A stretch of 63,818 bases of DNA, the filler included, from Lenisia limosa (Eukaryota > Protista > Breviatea): the NCBI GenBank assembly GCA_001655205.1. It is 10 parts of 10 records of this genome, joined end to end, with 100 filler letters (N's around TTAATTAATTAA, not from the genome) between each part and the next. Parts side by side here need not be neighbours in the genome. Positions count along the whole stretch, not along the records: positions 24,948 to 40,156 come from LPNZ01011551.1; positions 40,257 to 42,617 come from LPNZ01002507.1; positions 42,718 to 46,025 come from LPNZ01000556.1; positions 46,126 to 48,009 come from LPNZ01008903.1; positions 48,110 to 57,299 come from LPNZ01010712.1; 5 more parts are not named here. One strand, 5' to 3'. Under the pieces are notes generated by a model that saw nothing but the letters and a program-made list of their open reading frames with translations, was not told where the DNA came from and did not search any database. Numbering within the stretch: the stretch's first letter is position 1; every line of letters begins with the position of its first letter. The translations under genes and the position numbers were made by a program. Below, one piece after another: positions 36,473-48,110 of this stretch.

Positions 36473-39400
36473 CTAGTTCTTTTCAGCTTCCATGATGAGT
36501 AGTCGCTGCTACAAATAGTGAAATAAAATATTCCGTGGGACTTACTGTTAGACGAGATATCACTTCTCGTGACTTGTTTTGACTTTCGCGTGAAGATTTC
36601 AACCGACCACTCAACGCTTCCTTTATGGTAAAGTTAACAATAAATCAAACAAACACATTGTATTTTAATTGCTCTCGACATTTTCTTGTTTCTTTCTTCC
36701 TTGACTCTAATCTGAAATAGGTCAATAATCTTACGGTACAAACAAGTTGATGGAGTGGATTACAAAAAGGCAAAAAAATTTCTGAAGATTATATGATACA
36801 ATATATGACATATCATATAGAATACAGAATAATCATAAAGTAACCAGGTGAAAAGTGATAGAGAGTGAGGGAAAGAAAGATTAGGTAATAATATTCCCTT
36901 AACAACTTATTGTATTCTTTTGCGGTTTTAACCATCGCTGATCCTCTTAATACATACAAGGAGTACAAGTGGTTCAGTCGCTGTTTTGTTTTGCAAAATA
37001 ATTTGAAGCCATGTGTGTAGTTTTAAAAAACACCCTTCGGGATTCGTAGGGTGGTAGTTTTTCATATAAAATAGCCTCGGATAGAAATTTTTTAAAATGA
37101 CCATTTTCTCGCGTTGTTCTAATTTTGGACCTTTTTGGCTTCGACATTGTTTTTTATATTTTTTTTTTGGGTTTAACCATGATACTTGAGGAACATTTAC
37201 ATTATTCCGTCAAGTACGCAGATCCAGTACTGCACCATTGTCGTTTTTGTACTATTGGACTCAGTTAGGCACATTCCAGGTTTTTACTCATTTAAAAAAT
37301 TTGCATGTTAGAGCTGTTTCATACGAAAAACTACCCTGCGGAATTATCCCGAAGGGTCATTTTGAAAACTGCACGTACGGTTCCACTTTATTTGCCAAAA
37401 TACAATAGCGACTGAACCACTGGATGAACTCTCTTCCACCCATTCTTATCCCCCTTGCAATAATAACACAACTACGTACTTTTTCCTGTCCCTCTTCAAA
37501 AGATTTTTTTAAAGTTTCAGCGTTTTCTTGAAGTGAGGTAATCATGGCATTCAGTTTCGATACAGTACTATCTTGGTCGCTTAGGCTCTGTTGGAGAACC
37601 TCACATTGGCTCTCAAGAATTGAAATACGTGAATTTGATTCATTAAGCTGGGTGCGCACCAAAACTCTACAGAATAATTCTTTTTATATACAAAACACTC
37701 ACCCTTCTTGGCATTCCGAAGAGAGAGCATCAACCCAGATCCTCAAATTGGATAATGTGTCGTTCAGAGTAGAACACTGTTCAATCAAGGAGTTTGAGCA
37801 AAAATACTGCGAAATACACTTTTTGGGTAAATGCAGCAGCTACATAGCACTTTTAATAAATTGGGAAGTTAATTATAAAATATATGATATGAAGTAAGAC
37901 AATTGAAACGAGAACTCCTTTTCAGACTTTCATTTCAAATTGGGGCAATTTATTCAAAAAAATAAATAACTACAATGTGTTACACTGTATTGGATTATAG
38001 CTTCATTGCTTCATTGCATTATTTATTACTTTTTTTTTTCTAGGATAAGACTGCAACAGGCTCAACATACATTTTTTGTGGTACCTACATTTGACTGGTC
38101 CTCCGAGAACTTAACTAAGGAGTCTATGCTTTCAATATTCTTGAGCCTCTGGCTCTGAAGATGCGATTGAAGGTCACCAATTTGTTGGACTAATGATTGG
38201 TTTATACTGATCAGTTGATCTGATGGGGGGGAAGGAGCAACAATCGGCGAAGTTGACCTGAGATCATCTTCTAGCTTTGTGATGTGTTCTTGTAGTCTCT
38301 GAATTTCTTGATTCTTCAAAGTAAAAACCAAAAAAAAAAAAAGCATTAATAAACGGAAACCAACCAAGAACTGATTTGCCGCGATCAAAGAGGCGGTTTT
38401 ATATTCAGACCGAACAGCAGTGAGTCTTCTACCTCTAAGTATACTATTACAAAATGCAAAATTCTAAAAAGAAATAGTATTATTGTAGTCTCATACTCAG
38501 TTGAAGTAGCTTTACTGCGTTGGCATGCTAATTCATGTTGCATAAATGCAGAGTCATGAATATCATTCTCCATATCAGAAGCACTTCTTCTTGCTCGATG
38601 CCCTTCAAAATAATAAGAAATCAGAGGTCTTACCTTCTAAAATGTCCTCAAAACCAGTACAATCGTTTGAACAGTCATATGCCTTCTGTAAACTAACTCT
38701 TGAAAAGGAGGAAGACAAGCAAGACTTGACGTAGATATCTTCATCGGTACTCAAAGAAATAACAGATTCCGGAAGCAGGGTGAGAAGAGATGTTGGCTGA
38801 GGTGGCTCGTCGCTCAGAATTCGTGGAGAACTCTTACACCGGGAAAGAAGAAATTTAAAAAGGTTGATGGAAAACTACACATAAGATTTTAAATTTCTAA
38901 CCTGATTGGGGAAGAGTTCCTTGATAGTTTTATACAGTAATGTTGGGTAAGCCCAATTCAAAACAGAAAAAAAGGACACCGCTGCTGTTATAACAGGAGG
39001 TGGAAGTTGGCTGAAATTGTTAAAAAAACAACCTACCAACTCAAAAGAAAAGTCTTGTAATTTATCTAAATTGTTAAGATGAGATTTTTTTTTTTTACCA
39101 AGTGAATGGTTCGAATTTGAAAAATCATTACTTTCCTAGAACAATGAGGAACAAAATAAGAACGATATGTGATCTAAATTGAGACCTTTGTAATAGAAAT
39201 AGGAGACATTACTGGTGAATATACACTTGTTGACGCTGATTGCTGAAGTGCATCTTTATCTGAAGTAAGTCAGTAATAAACTGACCACACCTTGCGTGAT
39301 TTCCAGTGAAGGTCGTGAGGCTTTACAGTTTGCTAAAAGGGACAGTCTCGACAGGAATTCTTGTAAATGACCGGGTATCATATTTGGACAAATTGCCGCC

Positions 39401-39900
39401 ATTGATGCAATGATTGTAAAAGCTGAAGCTACGAGGCTATCAACTGCATTTGCTTTCCTGAAGAATCACGTGCAATAGTTTTACCATCTTTCTTTTATAA
39501 ACACGAGCAGGATATCTAAATATTGGGGGGTGAATAGAACATGAGCAATACAGGGCAAAATAAACTCAAAAATTGCACCTTTTTGGAAAGAGCGTCTTGA
39601 ATCAAATGCAAAGCAACATCAGCTTTATGCCAAACAGAAATATAAATCATAACCTCTTTTAGGAATAATGTTGGTGAGTGAAGGCCAAGAGACAAAACGA
39701 GCTTGAGGGTTATCATCTAAAATGCAAACTTCTTTAGCCATTGCGTTATTATTTCCAATGTGTCCTTCAACAAGCTACAAAGGTTAACTCTAACAACTTT
39801 TATAACATTAAAAAGTGTTTCTGCATTTTTGAGTATTTCAAATGTTTGAAAAATCTGAGCCATACTCCTTGGTACCAGCCACCCTGCTTTTGTGGCACCT
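36473..39900 (-). CDS. Multi-exon protein with C-terminal coiled coil and helical N-terminal region; 5' end uncertain
   Basis: Heptad-rich exons VRTQLNESNSRISILESQCEVLQQSL (37490-37662) and NQEIQRLQEHITKLEDDLRS (38090-38315); terminal exon QRLLIMEAEKN* (stop at 36473-36475). Convergent with GSK3. Confidence 0.6.
37013..37376. mobile_element. ~350-bp non-autonomous TIR element (MITE) in an intron
   Basis: Left end GTGTAGTTTTAAAAAACACCCTTCGGGAT..GGTAGTTTTTCATATAAAATAGC is an imperfect reverse complement of right end GCTGTTTCATACGAAAAACTACCC..ATCCCGAAGGGTCATTTTGAAAACTGCAC. Confidence 0.7.
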
Positions 39901-40321
39901 TTTGGAAGATCCAACTTGGATTGACCTCAATAAAAAATCAACAGATGAGCATTTTCAATACTCTTATTAAACTCCCTCACTTCCCCTTCTAATACGTATG
40001 ATATTCTGTAATATGACATAATATTGAAACTTCTACATAACAGATGTAACATATAATATATTATATAAATATATATAGTGTATATATATATATATATATG
40101 ATATATATAGTGTGTGTATATGTACTCGTACATATGCATAATACAGTAAATATATTNNNNNNNNNNNNNNNNNNNNNNNNNNNNNNNNNNNNNNNNNNNN
40201 TTAATTAATTAANNNNNNNNNNNNNNNNNNNNNNNNNNNNNNNNNNNNNNNNNNNNCCCCCCCCCCCACATCAATATACCTTGAGTAAAAGCAATAGGCA
40301 GTCAAAGCCGGCCTTTTACAG

Positions 40322-40562
40322 TTTAGTGGCTCCATTGTCGACACTCGTGACGACCACGACCGAACTCCGCTGATCATCGCATCAGCCAAGAGCCTCAGAG
40401 ACATGGTTCGAATGCTGCTAGAAGCTGTGAGGGGGGGGGGGACTTGGTTTTTCTCTCGATACACATATATTCTTCTTGAGAATTCCATCGTCTTTATAAT
40501 CCTTAGGGAGCCAACACAGCTTTGGTGAATGACAGGGGCTACAACGCTGCTCATCTCACTGC
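40322..40562 (+). CDS. Ankyrin-repeat protein fragment (upstream part in gap)
   Basis: Two exons splice to FSGSIVDTRDDHDRTPLIIASAKSLRDMVRMLLEAGANTALVNDRGYNAAHLTA, a canonical ankyrin pattern (D..RTPL..A...V..LL..GA). Confidence 0.75.
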
Positions 40563-41678
40563 GTATTTTGGGTTTTTTTTTTATGTATTTGAGAGGAAGT
40601 TTTCATACTAGGATCGTTAGAGATGTGGCGTTTCAGAATAAAAGCGAATATGCAATTTGCTACAGTTTTGTATTTTTTTTATTTGAAAATAGATCAGTTG
40701 CACCAGTAATATCAAACCAAAGGAAGCTGTTTTACGTTTCTCAAAACTCAGATACCAGGATGGTTTTCATACATTGTGGACGGCTTCGGCCGGCCAGATA
40801 CTACCTTATTTTGTATTTCTCATTGCTTTATATAACTTCTCATTTCTACATTTTGTCAATTTTCTTGCTCTAACCAGCGCAGCGATCCCATAAACTGAAT
40901 GATATTGACAAAATGTAGAAATGAGAAATAAAACAATAACGTTCCTTTTCTGACCAACACAGAGATCCCACCATCCGAATGATGATCCAAAGTGCGTCCG
41001 CTCCTGCACAGCCCCTTCAAGAGTATTAGAGTCCAAGGGAGCCACATTGGTTTTCTTTAGTTTCCGGTATTGTTCTATTTCTAGAGTCTATTGATTTCTT
41101 GGATTCTATTCACATGACCCAATTGCTTCATTAGAACGAAGGCTTACATTACTGCATACAGACACGTCACCACCATCAGAAATAAAAAAAGGGCCATACT
41201 ATCTCTATTGTCTGTTTAAAATTGCAGTAATCAGTGCGGACTGTGCAAGAGTTAAATGGGGAAAAAAAAAGAAAAAAAAAGGTCTCATTCATCCATCACA
41301 ATTTTTGCCCTCCAGGTTTCAGACTTGTTCGAAAGTTTGAAAGAAAGATAATGACCGATGATATACAACTGTCAAACAACTGCAGCAAATCATTAGTAAA
41401 CATCATATTTTTGATGGGCACAGTTTCCGTTGTTGCATTGTTTGCCAAAAGCGAAAATCGGCGAAAATCGAAATCAAGCATTTCCTAGTTGCAAGCAAAA
41501 ACTCAAAATAAAACTCATCGTTGTGTCATTGTCTGTCAATTGCATTGTAAACGTGGATATAATAGCCAGTCTTTGTGTAATTCATTTTTCTGGAGTGATC
41601 CTTCAACCCAAAACAATTGCTCCGGTTGTAGGCGCTCTTCTTCCTCTGCCGTTCGATTGAGAGGTAGTTGACGTCAAA

Positions 41679-42572
41679 ATGTCGATTGTGGAGACACAGA
41701 AGACCACACTGTCGCCTTTGCTCGATGCTTGCGATTCGTATGAGGGCTCGGCCAAATTAGGCAGTCGGTTGATTAGCTAAAATGAGGGTGGGGAGACTTG
41801 CATATCGTCATTGTGATTGTTTTCGATTGATTGGTTGGCTCAGTTGAGGTTTTGGCTTTTCCATTTTTGGATTTCTGTCAGTTCTCATTCTTGTGTTGAA
41901 ATGGGTGCTGATATCTTCGATTTCTTTTTTTTATTATCATAACTTCAAACGATAAGGTATTGATGGTTGCTTTGGGTTTCGATTTGTAAACTCCACCCCC
42001 ACCATAAAATGCGGTGCTGCAGAACTGGCCTGGGCTTTGTTNNNNNNNNNNNNNNNNNNNNNNNNNNNNNNNNNNNNNNNNNNNNNNNNNNNNNNNNNNN
42101 NNNNNTCCACATTGCCTCGTCTTTAACCCCAGGCAGGCTTCGAGACATCTTAGGCTCCAATGCCACCAATATCACACTCCCTTCCCTCGTGGTTGTTGGT
42201 GATCAGGTATGGTAGGGATTAAGGCTCCACAAGATGGAATCATTGATGAAACTCATGATCACGTATAATGACAAATCAAGCGCAATGTGACATTTGTTAT
42301 ACCACTTTTGTTTTTTACAAGAGTTGATATGTTACGCTTTTCTACTCGTTTGAAGACTATTCATGATACTTGTATTAATCTTGCGTTACTCAGTTATCAC
42401 TTCGACTCCTCTTCCAGTATCATTATCAGTGAAAATGAAGATATTAGATATAATTTCAACATTTTTTGTTTTTAATAATTCGGATTCCTCCATATTTTTA
42501 ATAGTGTAATCCTATTTAGTCTTCTGGGAAGTCGTCAGTTTTGGAGGGCATTGCTGGTGTTGACCTCCCCAG
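41679..42572 (+). CDS. Mx/dynamin-like GTPase, 5' part only (rest in scaffold gap)
   Basis: Three exons give [61 protein letters not shown], containing the dynamin G1 motif LP.(L/I)[14 protein letters not shown] and an Mx-like LPR. Confidence 0.85.
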
Positions 42573-42717
42573 GTATGCTGGAGTGATGGGATGTGGTGCT
42601 GCAGAAGCGACTGGCCTNNNNNNNNNNNNNNNNNNNNNNNNNNNNNNNNNNNNNNNNNNNNTTAATTAATTAANNNNNNNNNNNNNNNNNNNNNNNNNNN
42701 NNNNNNNNNNNNNNNNN

Positions 42718-45411
42718 GACAAAAGCTACTTGCCAGCAAGGGAACTAAGCCGAAGCCTGAGCGCTCCCCTGAGCCATTCACATCAACTCGTCAAGCTCTT
42801 AATCTGCCAACTGGGCATTTCACAACCCCGCGGAAGACCCTCCATACGCACCCTGACAAGGGTAAGGCAGCCCTGAAAATCCCTGTTCGTCAGTCGCCAC
42901 CAGATGGAACGAAAACCCGCATCATTAAGAAGGTGGGGGGATGGATGGGAAGTAGAGTTTCACTTCGGTTCCTTAAGACTTGAAAAAATATCGATATTCT
43001 TCGAGGATTTATCGAGAGTTCAGACTTTTTTGGAACCGAAATTGATTGAAGATTGAAATATGGTTAAGTTACAGGTAGAGCTTCACTTCGGCCTCAAAAA
43101 GACCGATACTATGGCGAATTGACTTGGGATTCTTGTGAATAAGTTGGAATTCCCATTATTTACATGGGATTCCCATGTCATTTTATGGAAATCTGAAGAA
43201 ATTTATGGGATTCCCAAATAATACAAGGGAATCCCAAGTCGATGCGCCGTAGTGTAAATTATCGGTAGTTTTCGAGGGTTTATCGAGGATTCTTTCTTTT
43301 TTTGGACCGAAGTGAAGCCCTTTTGACAGCTGTTGCGTTAATTTGATGCTGTAACAGTAGTTACAATCCAGGCACGACTCATTAGACTCCAACGAATGAT
43401 TACCGAGAAGGAGGCCGAACTTAACAAGTTGAAGGTAATAATTCGACACATCCATGTTTTTTTTTAATATTAACCCAATTTTTCTCCCCTCACCCCCCAG
43501 GCCGAATTTGCCGAACTAGAGCCGGAAGTCATGGGAACCGAGCCGGAGTCCCCATGCTCCATCCCGCCGCCGCCGTCGCCTCCTTCAGAAGTTCTCACAC
43601 CGGGCGCCAAGTTCCTCAAACATCTGAGATCAAAGATCGCAAAATCGGCTGATTCGCCACAAAGCTTCTCAAAACAGCAATCTCTCCTATCACCTTCTGG
43701 TCAACAAGAGAACCAAGAGGAAGAACGCCTCACAGAAAACCTACTAAGCCCTGTTGTCACCTCCGCTTCGGGAATGCCTGGGGCGATCGGCTTTAAAAAG
43801 TCAACTCAAAGCGCTTCTTTCATTGCCGATTCTGAGAATGAAAACGTTCCAACCACTATTCCCAATGGCGCACCCCTCGAAGCTCCTTCCCCCCCTTCTG
43901 TTTCCCCCACCCCAGCCTCATTATATTCAACTCCTTATCCTTTTGATGGGAGTATTATTCGTGATGAAATGAACATGGAGAAAGAATCACCTTCCTCTCC
44001 TCCCCCCATATCCCTTTCGTCTGAGTCAAAGCCTCTTCAACTCCTACCAATAAGTGTCTCTTCAACTCAAAATCTTCCTCTTCCTTCTACTAAAAATCTT
44101 CCTACTTCCACTCCCTCTGACAAAGACGACATTTTATCACAAGGACTGTTACCTCGGAAATTCGATGACGCTCACACTTCCTTAATTGGTCCTCGATCAC
44201 CTAATGACACCAAGCCCGTCAAGCTTGAAACCGATAAACCCCACGCATTTGCTCCATCCCCTCCCCCAGAAAAAAGTTGCCAACAAGTCGAAAAGATCCC
44301 CTTTTCTCCTATCAACACTCTTCAACCCTCGCCAACATCCGCACCTGGATTTTCTTTTGAGAAATCAGAAAAGGGCACGTCTATTCCAGAGCCTCCTTTC
44401 AGTACATCACATCAGCCCCTTCCTTCATCCTCATCCGCACACTTATCCCAACCGTCCTTCACAGAGAAACTGCTTCCTCCTAAAGTCCAACAAATCGCGT
44501 GTGAAGATAAACAGCATTCAACACGGGTGAGCGACAGCCCTCTTCTCAATGAACCATTAACTCAAAACGTTAGTGGAGATGTGGATATGTCTTGTTCCGA
44601 TACCGAGTCAGAAAACTCCACAAATGATTCTCCACAACCATCTTTGGCTACACAGTCACCCCTATCCGATGCAGCTCCATTCCTTGGGTCTGCTCCACAT
44701 GCTGACCAAGTCACTGCACCAGCTTTCTTTGCTCCACAACTGAAGGACGCTGCATTTCCTCTCGAGAAGCATTCTCAACCGCCTTCGCTCACCCCTGGTA
44801 TTTCTGCACCATCAATGTCACCAGTACCCATAGAGCCAACCATTCCAACCACGCTCAAACGTCCCCCTGAAATTCTCAATAATTTTCCCCCCTCCTCCCC
44901 TCCTTCCTCCAGGGCAACAACCAAGCCACCAGTGCTCTTCCCTCCAGGCTTACCTCTACCCCCAAGCTACATTCTACAGAGCCCCCCTAAGATACAGCAA
45001 ATTGCACCAGCCATAAAGTCCCCCGAGGTATTAAGTAGAAAATCGGAGATTCCATCTTTTTCCAAAGACAAACCATCACTCAAGGAAATACAGCAAATTG
45101 TGCCACCCTTCCCAGCGTCTTCTCAGATTCCCTCTTCTTCAAAAGACAAACCATCGCTCAAAGAAAAGCTCTCGAAACTCAAAGTCGCCGCAAAGAACCC
45201 CTTGCCTCCTCCTCCGCTCCCTTCTCATCCATCTACCTCCGTCCTTCCCTCCATGCCGAAAAAACAGAAAAAGCCGAAGCCTCCAGCCGCACCAGCTGAG
45301 CCTCCGTCCTTAGACGTAGCGCCTCTTCTACGGTTCCGAGCGTGTAGGGTCAAAGCTGACTTTCGCAGACGATACAATTGCGACAGGTCGTCGCCAACGT
45401 TCTCCCATAAG
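42718..45411 (+). CDS. Large Pro/Ser-rich low-complexity protein with a short coiled coil; ends unresolved
   Basis: Open exon 42718-42932, coil exon ARLIRLQRMITEKEAELNKLK (~43373-43435), then a 1.9-kb exon 43501-45411 bounded by cag| and |gtgagg. Confidence 0.7.
43107..43254. mobile_element. ~148-bp TIR element nested inside a family B MITE
   Basis: Left TACTATGGCGAATTGACTTGGGATTC versus right GAATCCCAAGTCGATGCGCCGTAGTG (inverted, ~25 bp); removing it restores the B core GACCG.TAAATTATCGGTAGTTTTCGAGG. Confidence 0.8.
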
Positions 45412-46125
45412 GTGAGGGGTAATTTTTGAGGTTTGCTTTGTATATGGGGGGATCTCCTATCAAGTTGGTGGGTAGTATAAATGGGTGGAAGGGGAGTAGC
45501 TTTGTTGGGAGTGGTTTAAAGCAGGTTAAAGTTCCAAAAACCTGGCTCGCTCGAAGGACAAAAAGCGTAAACGAGCGTAAGTTGCGTGATTTAGATTTAG
45601 TAAGTGATTATTATTGACCAAAGAGAACAAAAATTATTAAAAATCGTTGTTAACTAGTAAAAAGTAATAAAAAGATGACGGCACCGTAAGTTTATTTTTG
45701 GATATCCGTGACAATTTTCTCGAACAAGAACCTGCTTTAAATGGGGGGGCTTGGCAAATAACTTTTAGGGGGTGAGGGGAGGTGGGGTTTGAAAGTAGTT
45801 TTAACATTATTAGGGTAGATTAATAGCAGGGTGCCAACCCAGAAACTGGCTTGGATCAATAATAAATAGAGCCGAAATCGAGCTTAACATCCATGATTCA
45901 TAGTGGAATAAGAGTAATTAGAACAAATATTGTGATTCTGATAATGACCAAAATTAACGTTAATGTTGAGTAACAGGATGACGTCACCGTAAGTTTATGT
46001 TCGGATATCCGTGACAATTTTCTGTNNNNNNNNNNNNNNNNNNNNNNNNNNNNNNNNNNNNNNNNNNNNTTAATTAATTAANNNNNNNNNNNNNNNNNNN
46101 NNNNNNNNNNNNNNNNNNNNNNNNN

Positions 46126-47173
46126 CCTTGCCCTTTATTCGGTCCCCCAACGACCCTTGATCTTTGTCTGAAGACAACGACCTTCTAGAGTCCTAACACA
46201 CCTTAGACCCCAAACACATCGTATCTCCGTAACAAAAATACTATAGCGTCCAATAAACATGGGATGTTTAAGTAGGGAACAGACCAAATTAAATGNNNNN
46301 NNNNNAATAACAAAAACAGCAATTCTTTTAAGAATTGCTGTTCTGTTATCAAAGTATCTTTATATAACCGGCCGGTTACCGGTCGCTATCGGTCGTTACT
46401 TTGAAATTCTATAATCACCAGGTTACTTAACTCGAAAATACGCTAACGTTCAGTTCTTTAGGCTGCCCTGCATTGCCAACACCTTGCCCTTGATTCGTCC
46501 CCCAACGTCCACTTGATCTTTGTCTGAAGACAACGACCTTCTAGAGTCCTAACACACCTTAGACCCCAACCACATCGTATCTCCGTAACATAAATACTAT
46601 AGCGTCCAATAAACATGGGATGTTTAAGTAGGGAACAGACCAAATTAAATGTAATCATTTTGGGGTCGACGAGAACCAATCCACGACCATATCGGTCGTT
46701 ACTTTAAGATTGCACCACTTCCAGGTTCCTTGACTCAAAACTAAACATAACGTTCATTCCCTTAAACTATTGCCAACCGCTTGCCTTGATTTNNNNNNNN
46801 NNACTATCACACCTTAGATCCCAACCACATCGTATCTCCATAACACGGCAGCGATAGTGCCCAATAACAATGGGATGTTTAAGTTGGGAACAGACCAAAT
46901 TAAATGNNNNNNNNNNAAAACCCCCAACGTTCCTTGATCTTGGTCTTTGGACAACGACCTTCCAGAGTCCTATCACACCTTAGATCCCAACCACATCCTC
47001 CATAACATGGCAGCGATAGTGCCCAATAACAATGGGATGTTTAAGTTGGGAACAGACCAAATTAAATGTAACCAATTTTTGGGTCGTCGAGAGCCAACCT
47101 ACGACCCTTTCGTTCGTTACGTCACCGGTCGTTACCGGTCGTTACTTTCAGATTGCACCACTTCCAGGTTACT
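46126..47173. repeat. Tandem repeat, ~300-360-bp unit, at least 4 copies in two subtypes
   Basis: Block ..GACAACGACCTT..GAGTCCTA.CACACCTTAGA.CCCAA.CACATC..GGGATGTTTAAGT.GGGAACAGACCAAATTAAATG recurs at ~46126, 46483, 46803 and 46917; the first two units are 357 bp apart. Confidence 0.85.
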
Positions 47174-48110
47174 NNNNNNNNNNNNNNNNNNNNNNNNNNN
47201 NNNNNNNNNNNNNNNNNNNNNNNNNNNNNNNNNNNNNNNNNNNNNNNNNNNNNNNNNNNNNNNNNNNNNNNNNNNNNNNNNNNNNNNNNNNNNNNNNNNN
47301 NNNCAATTTCTCCCCCGACCCTCAGCTCTTAGTTTAAATTTATTTTGGTCCAAGGCCCGGGTACCGGGGAACCACATGTCCAAAGTGAGTAACAATGGGT
47401 AGACAATACCATTTTCACTATTTTCCCGCAGGTGTACCCTCAAGGTTTAATTTTCAGAAAAAAACTAACGGCTAAAATGAACTCAGACAACCTGAAACCC
47501 CCCCCCGGTAAATCATCCCGGGGGTAGCACAGCGGCAGTCCCAAAATTTGGACTTAATACGTTTATATAACCACTGTAGAACCCAAATAGTATGAACCAT
47601 GAACCTAAGATTCTCATATTACTTTCCANNNNNNNNNNNNNNNNNNNNNNNNNNNNNNNNNNNNNNGAAAGTCGACTTTTAGGCCTGGAACCCCAGGTAA
47701 ATATTATTACCACCCCCTCCTAGAAGTTGTTTTCTCCTCCGCGCTATTTTTTTGGAACTCTGGTTAGTCCTGATAGGTTTGTTATATTTATTACTTGTGA
47801 GAAGTTAGACAGCGTTAGATTGCGGATTCGCGTCATTTTTCATTTTTAGTCTTTCTTGAAATTTCAAAAGTAAGCTTGTTTCCTTATTAATTTCAGCATA
47901 TTGAGGTAAAAAAATTGTTGTTACAACCCAATTTGAACCAAGTTATGTTAAGTTTAATTATTTTAGCCTTTGTTCACATTGTTTAATCAGCAATTGTCTT
48001 CAAAAGGCTNNNNNNNNNNNNNNNNNNNNNNNNNNNNNNNNNNNNNNNNNNNNTTAATTAATTAANNNNNNNNNNNNNNNNNNNNNNNNNNNNNNNNNNN
48101 NNNNNNNNNC

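Noticed and set aside
45320-45570. Possible dsRNA-binding domain at the end of the Pro-rich protein (..SPTFSHK/VCFVYGGISY..)
   Set aside because: Requires a 19-nt intron and matches only loosely; not supportable without cDNA.
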